Assembly: GCF_006345805.1 (NCBI RefSeq)
Contig: NW_021835457.1
Coordinates: 62,001-126,000 of the forward strand
Direction: 5' to 3'
DNA length: 64,000 nucleotides
From: Octopus sinensis
Taxonomy: Eukaryota
Each line of letters opens with the position of its first letter. Position 1 is the first letter of the stretch. Positions 63,311 to 64,000 of this stretch are shown in pieces. The translations under genes were made by a program, and so were the position numbers. The notes below the pieces were generated by a model, which was given only the letters and a program-made list of their open reading frames with translations, was not told the origin of the DNA and searched no databases.

Positions 63311-64000
63311 TTATGAACGTTCGACAACGGGATATGCCATTCCCATCAACTCCCTGAGGAACCCCCTTATCCCGTCCACAGCCTGGCCAAAGTGTCGATC
63401 TTAATTAGACTAATATAACTACTCATGTTGTATTCTCGTGCGTCGATTGCAGTCTGTACTAGAACATCGCATATTCCCGCAAAGAAGTGCTGTCTTATAT
63501 CCATTCGCCCTGCTCTTTCCGCGACCACTGCCAAATCGCGGACAAATTCAAAAACCCACGTGATTGGATAACCAAAACGACGTGAAATCTTAAATAATGT
63601 CCCAAACATACAAAGAAAAAGGCAGCAACTGTCTGTGCCACTTCAATGACCAGGCCTTCCAGCAAATCACTCTCCAACTTGTTTCGGGTTATGGAATTTC
63701 CTGCAAAATTAAGCAGGCAGGCCACGTTTTCTGGAAGCCATTCGAAAGGAAAACTAATTTGGAGAATGTGCCAATACCTATCAATTCTTGGACAAGATCG
63801 TTGATTTGAGGCACAGTTCTGTGCTCGGAAAGACATTTGAGGACTCGGGCGAGAAGGGAAAAATGTTCGCCTGCTTGGCCGACATTTTCAGCAGTACTTT
63901 CGACCATTTCATACCACAAAATATTAGCTAAACTGATCAAAATAAACCTACATTTATAGACAGGTCCAAATATAAGGTAAAGAAGACGAGCTTGTTTACT
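63311..64000 (-). CDS. FBXO47: FBXO47 3' half; 5' part lies beyond the window
   Basis: Duplicate of 59902-60590. Confidence 0.75.

Larger units (their letters stand above)
57293..64000. repeat. Tandem segmental duplication, period ~3.41 kb, running off the window
   Basis: 57293-60710 and 60711-64000 are near-identical. Differences are mainly 1-bp indels plus a cluster of substitutions at ~58530-58920 versus ~61950-62330. Confidence 0.97.

Overview
AT-rich eukaryotic (animal) genomic DNA. Compact host genes carry very short GT-AG introns (about 20-37 nt) and sit among many nested transposon remnants. An HR96/NR1J-type nuclear receptor points to a protostome, and together with the intron size this best fits a dicyemid-like reduced parasite (inference). 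Recognisable genes, in order: NOC4L (3' part), SCO1, EAPP, a multi-C-type-lectin membrane protein, a 5'-truncated RPL21, CDK5RAP3, an Ig-domain membrane protein, a tight minus-strand cluster (INTS10-like, WAPL, DLD, an atypical PDI, HR96-like), CWC27, IFT25, TXNDC9, and FBXO47 inside a ~3.41-kb tandem duplication. Mobile DNA includes CRE-clade and other RLE-type non-LTR elements, Tc1/IS630, pogo and hAT/Buster elements, several with readable TIRs and TSDs. Many genes have single-base homopolymer indels that look like sequencing or assembly errors, so exon boundaries are hand-traced and approximate. The least explained items are a ~825-bp tandem array with shuffled GC-richer modules (48-52.4 kb), a PDI with no intact CxxC, a 610-bp TA-flanked insertion with CArG-like boxes and internal repeats, a self-complementary ~370-nt GC island with an A-rich tail, and the FBXO47 amplification. 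No CRISPR array, rRNA or tRNA could be supported.
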